This document shows positions 1 through 10,320 of a DNA stretch of 64,000 bases, piece after piece. Below the pieces are notes generated by a model. The model was not told the origin of the DNA and made no database searches. It worked only from the letters and a program-made list of their open reading frames with translations. Source of the DNA: Camelus dromedarius (Eukaryota); assembly GCF_036321535.1 (NCBI RefSeq), contig NC_087436.1, forward strand, positions 122,576,001 through 122,640,000. Direction: 5' to 3'. Numbering within the stretch: the first letter of the stretch is position 1; every line of letters starts with the position of its first letter. The position numbers and the translations under genes were made by a program.

Positions 1-1004
1 CTTCTCCCCGGAGCCCACGGCTTTGGGGCGTGCGTTACACCTGCACGCGGAGGGAGGGTCAGAGGAGACTGAGGGGTGATGCACCCCAGACTGGCCCTCA
101 GACATCTAGGAGGTGTGCCTTGGGCTTGGGGAGGGTAATTAGCCAAGCCCCACCTTGTCATCAGGGGCTTCTCCAAACCCCAAATCTGGCTTGATCTGTG
201 GTCCCAGCAAAGTTGGAGCAGATGCCCAGGGAAGGTTTGGGTCGTTCAGCCTGAGTGAGGGGGCAGAGCCTGGGCTGGCTCAGGCTGCAGGGCCAAAGAG
301 GAGCAGCACCCTCCCCGCCCTCCCCAGTCACCCCAATACTTCCTGCTGCCATACTGTGTGGCTGCACCCCTGAACATCCTCCATGTTGGGGGTCAGCCTC
401 ACTCCCACCCACCCAGCCCCGGGACCCCGCCTCCCTTCTTCCTGCATCCCCAGGGCCCCTCTCTGTGGGGGCAGTAGCCCCTCCTGCCGGCTGGCCTGCC
501 CAGGGTGGGGGTGGCAGTGCTGCGAAGGCAAGGACTTGGGGTCAGAGTGGAGCAGGGCCAGCGGGGCCACACAGAACACGGGTCAGGAAGGGAGTTGGGC
601 TGAGGCTGAAGCCAGCTCCTGAGTCTGGACCATGTGTGGGTGGCCCCAGGGAAGCTTGGCTGGAGGGACCCTTGGCCTAGACCCCTGCTCAGGGAGGTGA
701 CCCTGACTTCACATCACACAGGAGGGCTGACTTACTCCCCGCCTTCCCTACAGCCCAGGAGAGTGGACCAAAGCTCTGGTTCCCCGATCCTGGCCTGAAG
801 CCTCGCCCCTCTGCCCTGAGGCTTCCCAACCTGCAGGTTCCCTCTGAGCACAGCCCAGGGCAGCCTTTCCACCCACAGACTCACCCAGCCTTCCCCTCAC
901 CTCTAATCCAGGGGAGTAAATGGGCTGGGCAGCCTCTCCCTGTGCCCCCCCCCACCACCACGTCATCGTCACCGTTCCCGGCAGCACCGGCAGTGGCACC
1001 GGTG

Positions 1005-1150
1005 GCTCTAACACTTACTTAGCTTCACTCTGCACCATGTGTGGCTCTTGGAGCTGTTTGTATGCCATCTTGTGTGGCCCTCACAGCCCTGAAGTCTCCA
1101 CCACCCTCTTTCCACAATCAGGGAAGCAAAGGCAAGGAGGGCTCAGTTGC
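1005..1150 (-). mobile_element. Degenerate MIR SINE fragment
   Basis: acacttacttagcttcactctgcacc...ccctcacagccctgaag...tttccacaatcagggaagcaaaggcaaggag is colinear with the recalled antisense MIR (aacatttattgagc...cctcacaacaaccct...ttttacagatgaggaaactgaggcacagag). Highly diverged. Confidence 0.45.
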
Positions 1151-1377
1151 AGTGTGGACTCGGGCAGTCTAGGCCACGACCTCACCCTGCGCAGGGGAGG
1201 GGCACTCAGGGACGTGTGCGGGCTGAGACTCTGCAGTGAGCTCCTCCTGATCCTCCACCTGAACTGTCCCCACTCCTGCCCGTTGTCTGGGAATGGGGTC
1301 TGATAGAGTTTGTGGCCCCAGCACCAGTAGAGTAACCCATCTTCTCTCAACCCCTGGGAGAAATTCGAAGTGCCATC

Positions 1378-1417
1378 CTGTCCCTAGCTGTCCCCAGCTG
1401 TCCCCAGCTGTCCCCAG
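1378..1417. repeat. 10-bp tandem repeat (CTGTCCCCAG) x4
   Basis: ctgtccctag ctgtccccag ctgtccccag ctgtccccag, read directly. Confidence 0.9.
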
Positions 1418-3464
1418 GACAGGCAGCAGCTGCACCTGCTGCCCAGACTCACCCTTGCCTTCTGCAGGTGCTCCTCCTCTGCACATGAAGCTCCCTCTCT
1501 CTCCAGCCCCGGGGCCAGAAGGGTCATTTTTCTGGGTCTGAAGTCCTGCCCGGTGCTCGGGACTGTAGGCCCCCAGGCGCCTCGGCTGCACTCACCAGGG
1601 ATGAGCTGCTGGGTGTTGGCCCGCGTGTGACTTGGCTCGCACTTCTCTGCACCGTAGAATGCTGCGCTCTGCCTTCCCCACCTGGGCCTTCGTGGGTAAC
1701 AGGCAGGGCTTCTGACCGCTGCGGGGTGCATCCAGGTCCACGGTTTAGCCTTGCCCAGGCTTGTGCACAGTCCGAAGGTGGTCTCAGCCATCTCCGAGGA
1801 CACCGAGAACAACATTCCTACACCAGGGTTTTGGTCAACATCTGGCCAAGGGGTCACTGGGTGAGTCACAGCAAATCCGGTTTGTAGGTGTTGATTTGTG
1901 GCCAAGGTACTCTGCAGGTCTTCTGCAGGGCCATGCCAGGAATCCAGTCCAGGCTGGGACCCTCACCCACTCAGGGGCATCTGCCCCCTCCTTTCCTGAA
2001 ACAGGTGACAGTCTGCAGGAGCAGCGTCCCCTGAGTGGGCGTGTTCCCACCTGGCATTAATGTAGCTATTTCTGAGCAAGTGAGCGGTGAGCTGCCAGGT
2101 CTTGGAGACTCCAAGGGGCAGGACTTTGGACGGCCCACCTTTGCCCGGGGTCACGAAGGTGGAGGAAAGGATGTTCTGGTGGCTCCAACCTGCTCCTGGA
2201 TGTCCACCACCAGGCCTGAGACAGGGCCAGAGAACAGCCAAGGATGACTGCCATATAGGACCTGTTGAGTGAGACCATGGTCCCCAGGGACTCCAGAGGC
2301 CTTGAGCCACATGACCCCTGACTCTGGCCCAGCTATTGTGGGTGGTGGAGGGGACAGGACTGCAGGAGGGTGTGGAGCTGGGGTGGGGAGGGGTCTTTGT
2401 CCACAGGCAGGCTGGCTCACTGGGAAGCTGAGGGGCAGGTGGAGAGTCTGAGGGGCCCAGCTCAGCCCTGCTGGCTGCGTCTGCAGGATCCATGGGTCCG
2501 GTCCTGCCCTCTGGCCTCCCCAGGCCATGGGACCCACAGGGTCCCCTCTTGGTTCTGTCATCACCGCCTCCCCAGCTTCTGGTCAGCACAGCTGGGCTGG
2601 TCCCTCTCCATCTTCCAAAGCCATACCTTGTCCCCGCTGCGGCCACCCTCCTGCCCCCAGCCCCTCCAGCCCCCACTCTTCCAGGGGGTGGTTTGGCTTC
2701 CACATTGCTAAAGCTCACGGGCAAATCAGCCTTCAGCCCCAAATTACACCCCAACGCGGGGTCGTCTCAGGGTCGTTTGGCGCACCGGACCTCTCCCTCC
2801 TCCTGCAAATGCTCCTCCAATGTCCTCTCCTCCACCCCGCCGTCTCTTTCCTCCTCTTCCCGACCTCTTCACCTCCAGGTGCCCCAGACCTGGCCTGGGG
2901 TGCCCCCACACGCCTGTGGGCTCCACAGTGTCACCCTCCCCCACTGTCACCTGTCTCCTGGGTCATGACCCTCTGCGCAGAGTCCCTGCTGGCCCCACCC
3001 CAGCCCCAAGCCAGGCAGGGACCATTCTTCTTGTGTGGCCATCCCCCTGTGCTTCGTGTCCACGCCAGTCCTTGTCACCTTGGACAAGTGAGGCATTTGG
3101 ACTTCTTGACCTGTTCATGCCACCTCCTGCACATCACGGGTGCCCTCAAATCCTTGTCCCCTGAGCTGTGGGAGGGACTTCACAGGGCTGGGGCCCACAG
3201 GACTGTCCCTTTCTGGGCAGCTCAGTGAGTCTGGGGCTGTTTCCTGGGACCCCAGATCAATTCACCCCAAGTTCTGGGCCTGGGTGTGCCCAGGGCAGGA
3301 AAGCTGGGGACAGACAGGGCTGGGGCAGAGGGTTCAAGGATTTGAGCCGCTTCCCCACTCCGCGCCAGGTCACACTGGTTGGCCAGGTTGTTACCTGCTC
3401 TACCGCTGGGGACTCGACGATGGGTGAGTGGAGGCAACCCCGAGGGCGGCCGGAGGAGGTGCGC

Positions 3465-3560
3465 AGGGCTGTGATTCTTCACTGCTGCTGATAAAGCCGG
3501 TTAATGGCTTTTTGCTAATGAGAAAAGCCGGGCTGATTATGACAAATCGCCAGGAGCAGC
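3465..3560. promoter_or_regulatory. Candidate enhancer (AT-rich motif island)
   Basis: TGATAA, TTAATGG, CTAATG and TGATTATGACA within ~70 bp in GC-rich surroundings; no repeat similarity. Confidence 0.35.
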
Positions 3561-4029
3561 AGGCTAAGCGGCTACACGGGGCGCCTAGAGCCGCCAGGAG
3601 GGGCTGGCCCCACCTCCCCCAATCTCGGCAGAGGGTGCCCCAAATTGGTCCTGGGTTGGGGAGGGGTACGGGAGGGGCTGGGGAGGAGGGAAGGCAGGGG
3701 TGGGGCCAGGAAGAACCTGCCTTCCCTGAGCAGCCAGCAACCCTGCTCCCCTTGGCCTCCATTTCATCCCCCAGCTCCCCTACACCCAAAGCCCCAGCCC
3801 CCTGCCACATTCCCCACTCTCCTGGTGCCCCCTCCACCTGCTCTGCTGTTTTCTCACATGTGAGTGCGGTCCATCCCAGGTTGGTGTAGGGCGCCCTGGG
3901 GTGACCGCACCAGCTGCCCACGCCAGGCCCAGGGGCTGACCAGACTTTGCCAGGTGGTTCCAGGCAAAAGGAGCAGCGAGAAGCCGGCTCAGCCAGAGGC
4001 CGGGCTGGGGTGCAGGGCTGGGGGCAGAC

Positions 4030-4745
4030 AGTGGAGGTAGCCCAGGACTGCAGGGAGGGGCCGAGGGCCCGGGCAGCCCTGCGGAAGCCGAAGCCGCTTG
4101 CAGAGGTAGGAAGGCGTGACGGGCTCTTCCGTGTGGAACGACCATCTTATCTCGGGCCGAGCGCGTCATCCATTACCGCTAATTGCTCCGGGCTGGGCTG
4201 CGCCTGGAGCCCAGCCGCGCCGGCCCGGGTGGGCGGCTCGTCCTCATTGTCCTCTCGGGCTGCCCCTCTCGGCCGTGGGAAGGGCCCGGGTCCCCTGTCG
4301 TTCTGGAGCAGCAGCCAAGTGTCGTGGGCACCCCGGTGATAGATGGAGCATGGAAATTAGTTCCAGAGTTTACCTGATAACCGCGGAGCACGGCTGCATT
4401 TGGTTATGGCAGCCCTAATTGATGAGCTCATTAAGTCCGTTATTAGAGAAATTGATTTCAAATAGGCACTTAGAGCGGGATGCGGGAGGCAGGTGGGGCA
4501 GGAGCACGGAAGGCAGAGGAAGTCGCAAAAATACATAATGAGGCAAGTAATTTTATAGGTTTGTTTAATGAAAAGCCTCAACAGCGGACTCGTGGCCGTG
4601 TGGGTTTTAAACACTCATTTTATGTACTAATAAAGCTCCCCGTGGTGGAATCCCACCCCAGGCCCAGCCCACTGGCCTCCACCGCCGCCCCTAATTAATT
4701 AATTAACCCCGGCGAGGCAATCAATGAGTCATTCACGCAGCATCA
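4030..4745. promoter_or_regulatory. CpG-rich segment plus candidate conserved non-coding enhancer
   Basis: CpG-dense 4030-4400. AT-rich core 4335-4745 has TGATAGATGG (PBX-HOX type, 4337), CTAATTGATG, TTTTATAG, a TAATTAATTAATTA palindrome (4692-4705) and TGAGTCA (4725). Confidence 0.55.
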
Positions 4746-5069
4746 ACACTCTGGCAGCCTGGCTGGCTGGGAGGGGAGGCCCAGGGGTGCTTGGCTTCCA
4801 GTCCTTGGGCAGCTCGGCCCCCAGCCCCACCCGGCCCCGAGTACCAGCCCCAGGACAGAGGCAGCCGGATGGTGGCCAGGAGGGGCCCCATGGTCCCCCC
4901 CTACGGGGGGACTCGAGCACAGTCCCTCTGACCTGTGCTCCAGGCCTTAAGTGGCTTTAACCTGACTTGACCAAGTCCTGCAGGTCTAGACCCTCAGGGC
5001 TCAGGTCGGCTCAGTCTGGGTGGCCGTTGGGATCCTGACCCCAGCCCCGCCCCTGCTGCCCCCCAGACC

Positions 5070-5345
5070 TATGTGCACCCCAGTGGATGTGGACACACAG
5101 ACACACGGACACATGTGGATGCACGTGGCAGGTAACAGTGACAGAGCCACTCGGGCATACGGAATCTCACAGGCAGATCATGTGGACACATGTGTGAGGC
5201 ACAGATATGACGTGTGGACATGCAGAGACGTTGACAAGGAACACGTGGACTCCCACACTCAGAGGCCCGTGCAGACATGAACACATGGACACACGGTGGA
5301 TGCACGCAGGCACCCACCAGCACACGCACAGGGGCACACATGCGG
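5070..5345. repeat. Degenerate (CA/TG)-rich low-complexity tract
   Basis: Recurrent gacacac, cacatgtg, gtggac and cacgtg units. Confidence 0.75.
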
Positions 5346-6129
5346 CTTCCTTTCTGAAGCCCCCTCGGGCCTCTCCTGAGGCTCCACACTACCTGTGGCC
5401 ATTTCTCTTGTCCCTTTGTCTATCCCCTCCCAAATTCAGAACACCCAGCTCTGTCCCCGGGTCTCTTCCTGACCCTGAGCCCATCCTGGCTCTGACTTCC
5501 CAGGTGACTGGTGGCAACAGCCCCAGCCATTCCTCCACCAGCCATTCCCAAGTCCCAGGCCCGTGCAGCTGGGGCCCCTTGGGTGTCCGACGTGGCTGAC
5601 ACCAGACCCTGCCCACCCCACCTGCTCCCCCTCGCTGCCACCCCTCAGTCAGTCCCAGGGGCGTGGTTTTCCAGCCCCTGGCCAGCCTCCTGTCCATCTG
5701 CATTGCTGCAGGCCTCGGTCCCCAGCCTTCGGCCTCCCCACATCTGCCCTCGCCCCCCTAGGGTTCATCTCCCCAGCCTCCGGGGGCAATGGGGCCCCAC
5801 ATGGCCTGGCTTCTGGGGGCCTCTCTGACCATGGTGTCCGTGCTCACTCCTCTTTGGCCTAGCTCGGGACACCCACTCGGGCCTCTGCTCTGCTGACCCC
5901 TGTGCCTGGGACCACGTGTCCCCTCACTCCCTCCCCATCATGGCCCACGGCAGCCCGCCCCACCCCATCTCCCTTGCTCCAGGCCTGGTCTTCGCTGTCG
6001 GGATGTGAGGTTTCTGGCGGCACCTGTGCCCGTCCCACCCGCACAGGGAGGGTGGGTGTGTCCGGCTAGTCTTTCCTGCTGACTCACGCCCGGCCCGGAA
6101 CAGGCCCTGGCACCTCGGGGGAGCTCAGC

Positions 6130-6390
6130 GCAGTCCGGTGAGCAAACTGGCGTGTGTGATTACTCAGTGTCCACGGCGGGTCCACACGGCGGGAGAAACT
6201 GCCCTTGTGACACAGCAATATGCTGACATTTGTTAAGTCAGTGTCATTTAAGCAGCGACGAGCCGCAGGGGGGCAGGGGCGGGGGGTCTCCCCTTGGGGA
6301 CAGGATGCTGATGTGCAATGCTGAGAACAGATAATTCCAGGAAAACAGAACACGTGTGTGTTTGACAGAGAGGTCACAACTGCGAGAAGT
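6130..6390. promoter_or_regulatory. Candidate enhancer
   Basis: Locally AT-richer unique sequence with GTGACAC/GTGTCA, TGCTGA x3, TGACAG and AGATAA, plus CCGCAGGGGGGCAG (CTCF-like, 6263-6276). Confidence 0.3.
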
Positions 6391-7989
6391 TCTTGGGTAC
6401 GGGAAGACTCGAGGCCAGGGTCCTGGGGAGGCACCACCGCGCTGTGTCTGCCCATCGGGGTGGGGGCTGGATGGGGTGGGGTGGGGGGAGCCAGAAGCGA
6501 GCTCTGCTCCCGCCGCCCAGGACTTTCAGTGGCTGAACCACGTGGGGCGGGCGTCAAGGTGCCCAGGAGCCGGGGCTGAGGGCGTCCTGCTGAGGGTGTG
6601 GGGCGGAGCTGACCGCAGCAGCAAATGATTGTCACCCCCTTGTGTGTCGCCTGAGTTTAACCTCCATGTCACAAAACCTCGTGTTGCGGCAGACTGGGGG
6701 AGACCCCGGCTCATCGAGTCATTCCTCTCCGGTCTGCTGATGTCCTGTCACCTGAAGCTGAGAAGTCAAGCGGCCCAAAAAGAAAACGTGGGGGGGCAGG
6801 ACGGAGGGGGCGGAAGAGGTGCTGGCCAGAAGGAACCACAGCAGGCGCGGTGGGGCCATGACCACAGGTCACCTCCTCCACAGCCCTGCGTCCCCTCGCC
6901 CTCAGGTGGCACTGTGGGCTCTGGCGGCTCCCTCTTCAGGGCCATGGGGCCCAAGAGGCCCACGAGGATGCTCAGAGCCATGTCCAGCTGCTTGGATGGG
7001 AAGATTAAATCCAGACTCCGGGCCAGTGTGCCTGCCTGGTGCCACGTCCCGTCCCTGCTGCAGCCCCTCGTGGTCCACGTCCACACCTCTGCCCCTGCCC
7101 TGCACCCTTGCCCGCACCACTGTGCCTCCCTCCCTGCTGCTTCGGTATCAGCACTCAGAGGAGACATCACGGTGTCTCCGGTGTGGCCAGCTCTGGTTCT
7201 AGTCAGGGGTCAGGAGCGAAGCGGGTGGGCCGGGATGCCGGTGTGGGGACATCTCTGCTGCCAGGGGAGGCCTTGGGGTCAGAAGTCCCCGTGCTCACCT
7301 GAGTCCACCCAGATGTCTCTGTACTGCCGCAGGAGCACCCCCCGTCAGTGCCCCGATTGTGGTTGGGGAACTCAACTCGTATGTAATTCTGAAAGCCACA
7401 CATCACATTTTGGGTCTGAGCTTCAGCACATCCATCTTGACGCCACAAGTGAAGGAGACTGATGAAAGACACAGCAGGAGCTCCCCGGCTCTGGCCACGC
7501 CTGGGCTTTTGATGTTAAGCCTTTCTACGCTCATCGTGTTTTTAACCCATACAAATATCGCGATGAAACAAGTAGCCCAGTTAAAGAAAACAAATGTCGC
7601 CAATTAGAGGGCGTGGTCCTGGTCCTGTCCCTCCTGCCGCCCGCCCTCCGGGGAGAAGGGCTGAGACCTGGGACCCCAGAGTGGCCCTTCGTGCTGGAGA
7701 AGTGGCCGTGCTCCTCTCAGGCCCTCCTGGCTTTGACGGTCCTATTGGAGAAAGACCATTAAGTCTGCTTCTCTGTAAAACCCAGCCTCTGACTCTTCCT
7801 TGGTTTCGGGGGTCTGTGAACACCTCCTGCCCTCTGCACTCAGAGTCTGTTTGCGGGACACAGGCAAAGGTCGTTCTTCCAGCTGCGGCTGGAGGGAGGG
7901 ACCCAGGGGGCGGTGAGGGCCGGTCAGAGTGCGGAGCCAGCCCCCAGCAGGCCGGCCTCCCTCTGAGTCCTGCGCTTCCGGACCGGCGT

Positions 7990-8360
7990 GGAGACGAGAC
8001 AGATGACAGAAAAGCGATTTACAATTTGGCCCGTTCTCTTTCCAATTAAACCGTGGACATTAGCTAATACGCAGGGCTGGGACTCGCCAGCGGAGATAAT
8101 ATGTGGATAGCTCCATAAAACTACGCCAGGAGCAAATAATTTTGCGCAGATTCGCAAGCGGCACGGTTTTTGTAAGTAACCGTCATCTTCCTACCAGCCC
8201 TGCTGCCGATCACGCGTTTTTCCTTCGAGGTAATTTAATGATGCCCTAATTTTCCTGTTGCTGCTGGGCCTTGGGCGCAGCCTACGCGACTGTCCAATCT
8301 AGTCCAAAATCCGTCCCGACGGCATTAATTCATATTGGCCAAGTGTTCACAAACTGAGCT
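7990..8360. promoter_or_regulatory. Candidate conserved non-coding enhancer
   Basis: AT-rich, CpG-retaining unique block: TGACAG (8004), CGATTTAC (8015), CAATTA, AGATAA, CCATAAAA (8113), TAATTTAATG, CATTAATT. Confidence 0.55.
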
Positions 8361-8639
8361 TCCCCCTCCTTACGCCTGATGGTGGACTCTGCTAACTAGC
8401 CTGTCCGTGCCCGTCGGCTGGCTCGGCATCGGCCTGCTCACCCGGAGCCCCCTTGGTGGGGCTGTGGGGGCCCCAGAAGCTTCGCACCTTAGATACACAA
8501 GGTGCCAGTCCTGGGAAACGTGGGGAGGTCCAGGAGGGATGGGGGCCCTGCTCTCGGGAGACAGCGTGGCCAGGCAACTGAGCAGGAGCCTGACTGGGTG
8601 GAGGGGAGGAGAAGGAGGCAGAGGAGACCACCACCATCG

Positions 8640-8730
8640 CCCTGCGGCCTCAGTCTGCTGCTCTGTAAAATGGGCCGACAGGGCCCCTGCCCCGGGCATT
8701 AGTGAGGGTTAGAAGGCATGTGCCTGGGAG
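8640..8730 (+). mobile_element. MIR core fragment
   Basis: gcctcagtctgctgctctgtaaaatggg...gtgagggttaga matches the MIR core cctcagtttcctcatctgtaaaatggg...gtgaggattaaa. Confidence 0.6.
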
Positions 8731-9864
8731 GCCACCCTCCCCACTACTTTCCCCGGGTGAAGTTGCCTCGTTCATGTGTCTGTTTCCTTCTAGAACACCA
8801 GCAAGATGGGCTGGATGGGGTCAGCTTTGCCCATAGGCTGGCCCAGATCCACACTGGCTGAGAGTGTGGACAGTTTCAGTCATTATTTTGTCACGGTTGA
8901 CACCCTGCTCCCAGAAGAGTGCTGGGCCGCCCGCCCCTAGCCAGGGCACCGATGCTGCTTTGACATCTTCAATTTTAACTTTTCATTGGCCTTCGCACAC
9001 TCACAGGGGTTTGCTGAGTGAGTGGAGAGAAGGGGGTCCTCGGGGCGGGCAGTCCGGGGGTGGCAGCACCGTGGGCGGAACGAGCCCTGCACAGAGGGCT
9101 TACATGAGGGGTGAGTGCGTGGACGGCAGAACGCTGGGGTGTGAGGTGATGCCTGCGGCTGGCCGGGGGGTTGCTGGGGAGAGAGGCACTGGGAGGTGGT
9201 CTAGGGGATGGAGAGCTGGGCACGGATGGCCTGATGGGCTGGTGGCGGGGTAAGTGGAGGAATAACGGGTGGGTGGGTGGATGGCTAATTAGCGGGGTGG
9301 GGGGGCTGAGGTTTAGTGGACAGGTGCATAAATGGATTGCGACGAGCTGGTGGGCGGATAGACATGCACTGCCCCGTACGTCCCATGGTGTGTCTGAGGC
9401 ACAGGGCAGAGAAGGTAGTGGATCCTCCACACCTACTGGGGAGCAGGGGGCCCCCAGGCCTGAGGCGGTGCTGGCCTCCCCGGGAAACAGCTGACCTGCT
9501 CTCGCCCTAGTCCACACTGCAGGGTCCTTGCTGTGCCCTGGCCTCAGCCTCAGCGGGCGGGTGGGGGCTGCTTCCCAGGGCAGGTGGCAGGGCATCGCTC
9601 AGCCCCGCGCAGGGAGCTACGCTTGGGGTTGCCGTTATGACACCCTTTAAAATGGTCCCTTGTAAACACGGTTGTGACAGCAGTGTTTGTAGCTGCTCCA
9701 AACAGCTCCCAACTCTGGCAGGACACGCCTATCTGCGGCTCCTGGCCGGCCACAGAGAGCTGCCCCTTCCAGGTCTGCGTGCTCCCTCCACAGAACCTCC
9801 TGCAGCTAACCGAGTCCACTCGCCGGCCCCCTCCTGAGCCCCTTCCCCCAGCCACTTCCTCCTG

Positions 9865-10320
9865 CTAAAAAGCTAGACTTTTCTACGATTTGTGTTGCTT
9901 TAATCCATAGGAAGTCGATTTTCCACTCATATATTAGTTTATTTTACATTTTCAAATTGATTCGACTATACATTGATTTCCTGTTGTGGGCATTGTGTTC
10001 TGAGCGAGGATTACGCGTCGGAAGGAGTGGAGACGAGTGGCTCGCAGAGGTTGCTCTGTGCCGGAGAGCTCTTATCTTGAACAGGGAGAGTCCAATTTTA
10101 TTGAAACAGCTAAAACCCCACTTAATTGAATTTTTTTTCTCTTTAAGATGTACAGGCTTAGAGACTTTTGCTTTCCAATTCGACGCAGGCTCCGTGGCGT
10201 TTAAATTTCCAAACCCATAAAGGCCTTTATGAAAAAGACCCAGCGAATATTGTATTTCTGAGCCGAGCCACCCCGGGCGGAGGTGCGGCGTCAATATTCT
10301 GCAAAACATCTTTTGATCCC
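9865..10320. promoter_or_regulatory. Candidate conserved non-coding enhancer
   Basis: About 450 bp AT-rich unique block with retained CpGs; TTAATCC, ATTGAT x2, TTTTATTG, TTAATTG and the palindrome CATAAAGGCCTTTATG. Confidence 0.5.

Noticed and set aside
6263..6276. CTCF site CCGCAGGGGGGCAG (and weaker matches near 17986 and 19852)
   Set aside because: Such matches are frequent by chance at this GC content; not supportable as a separate feature without a PWM score or ChIP data.
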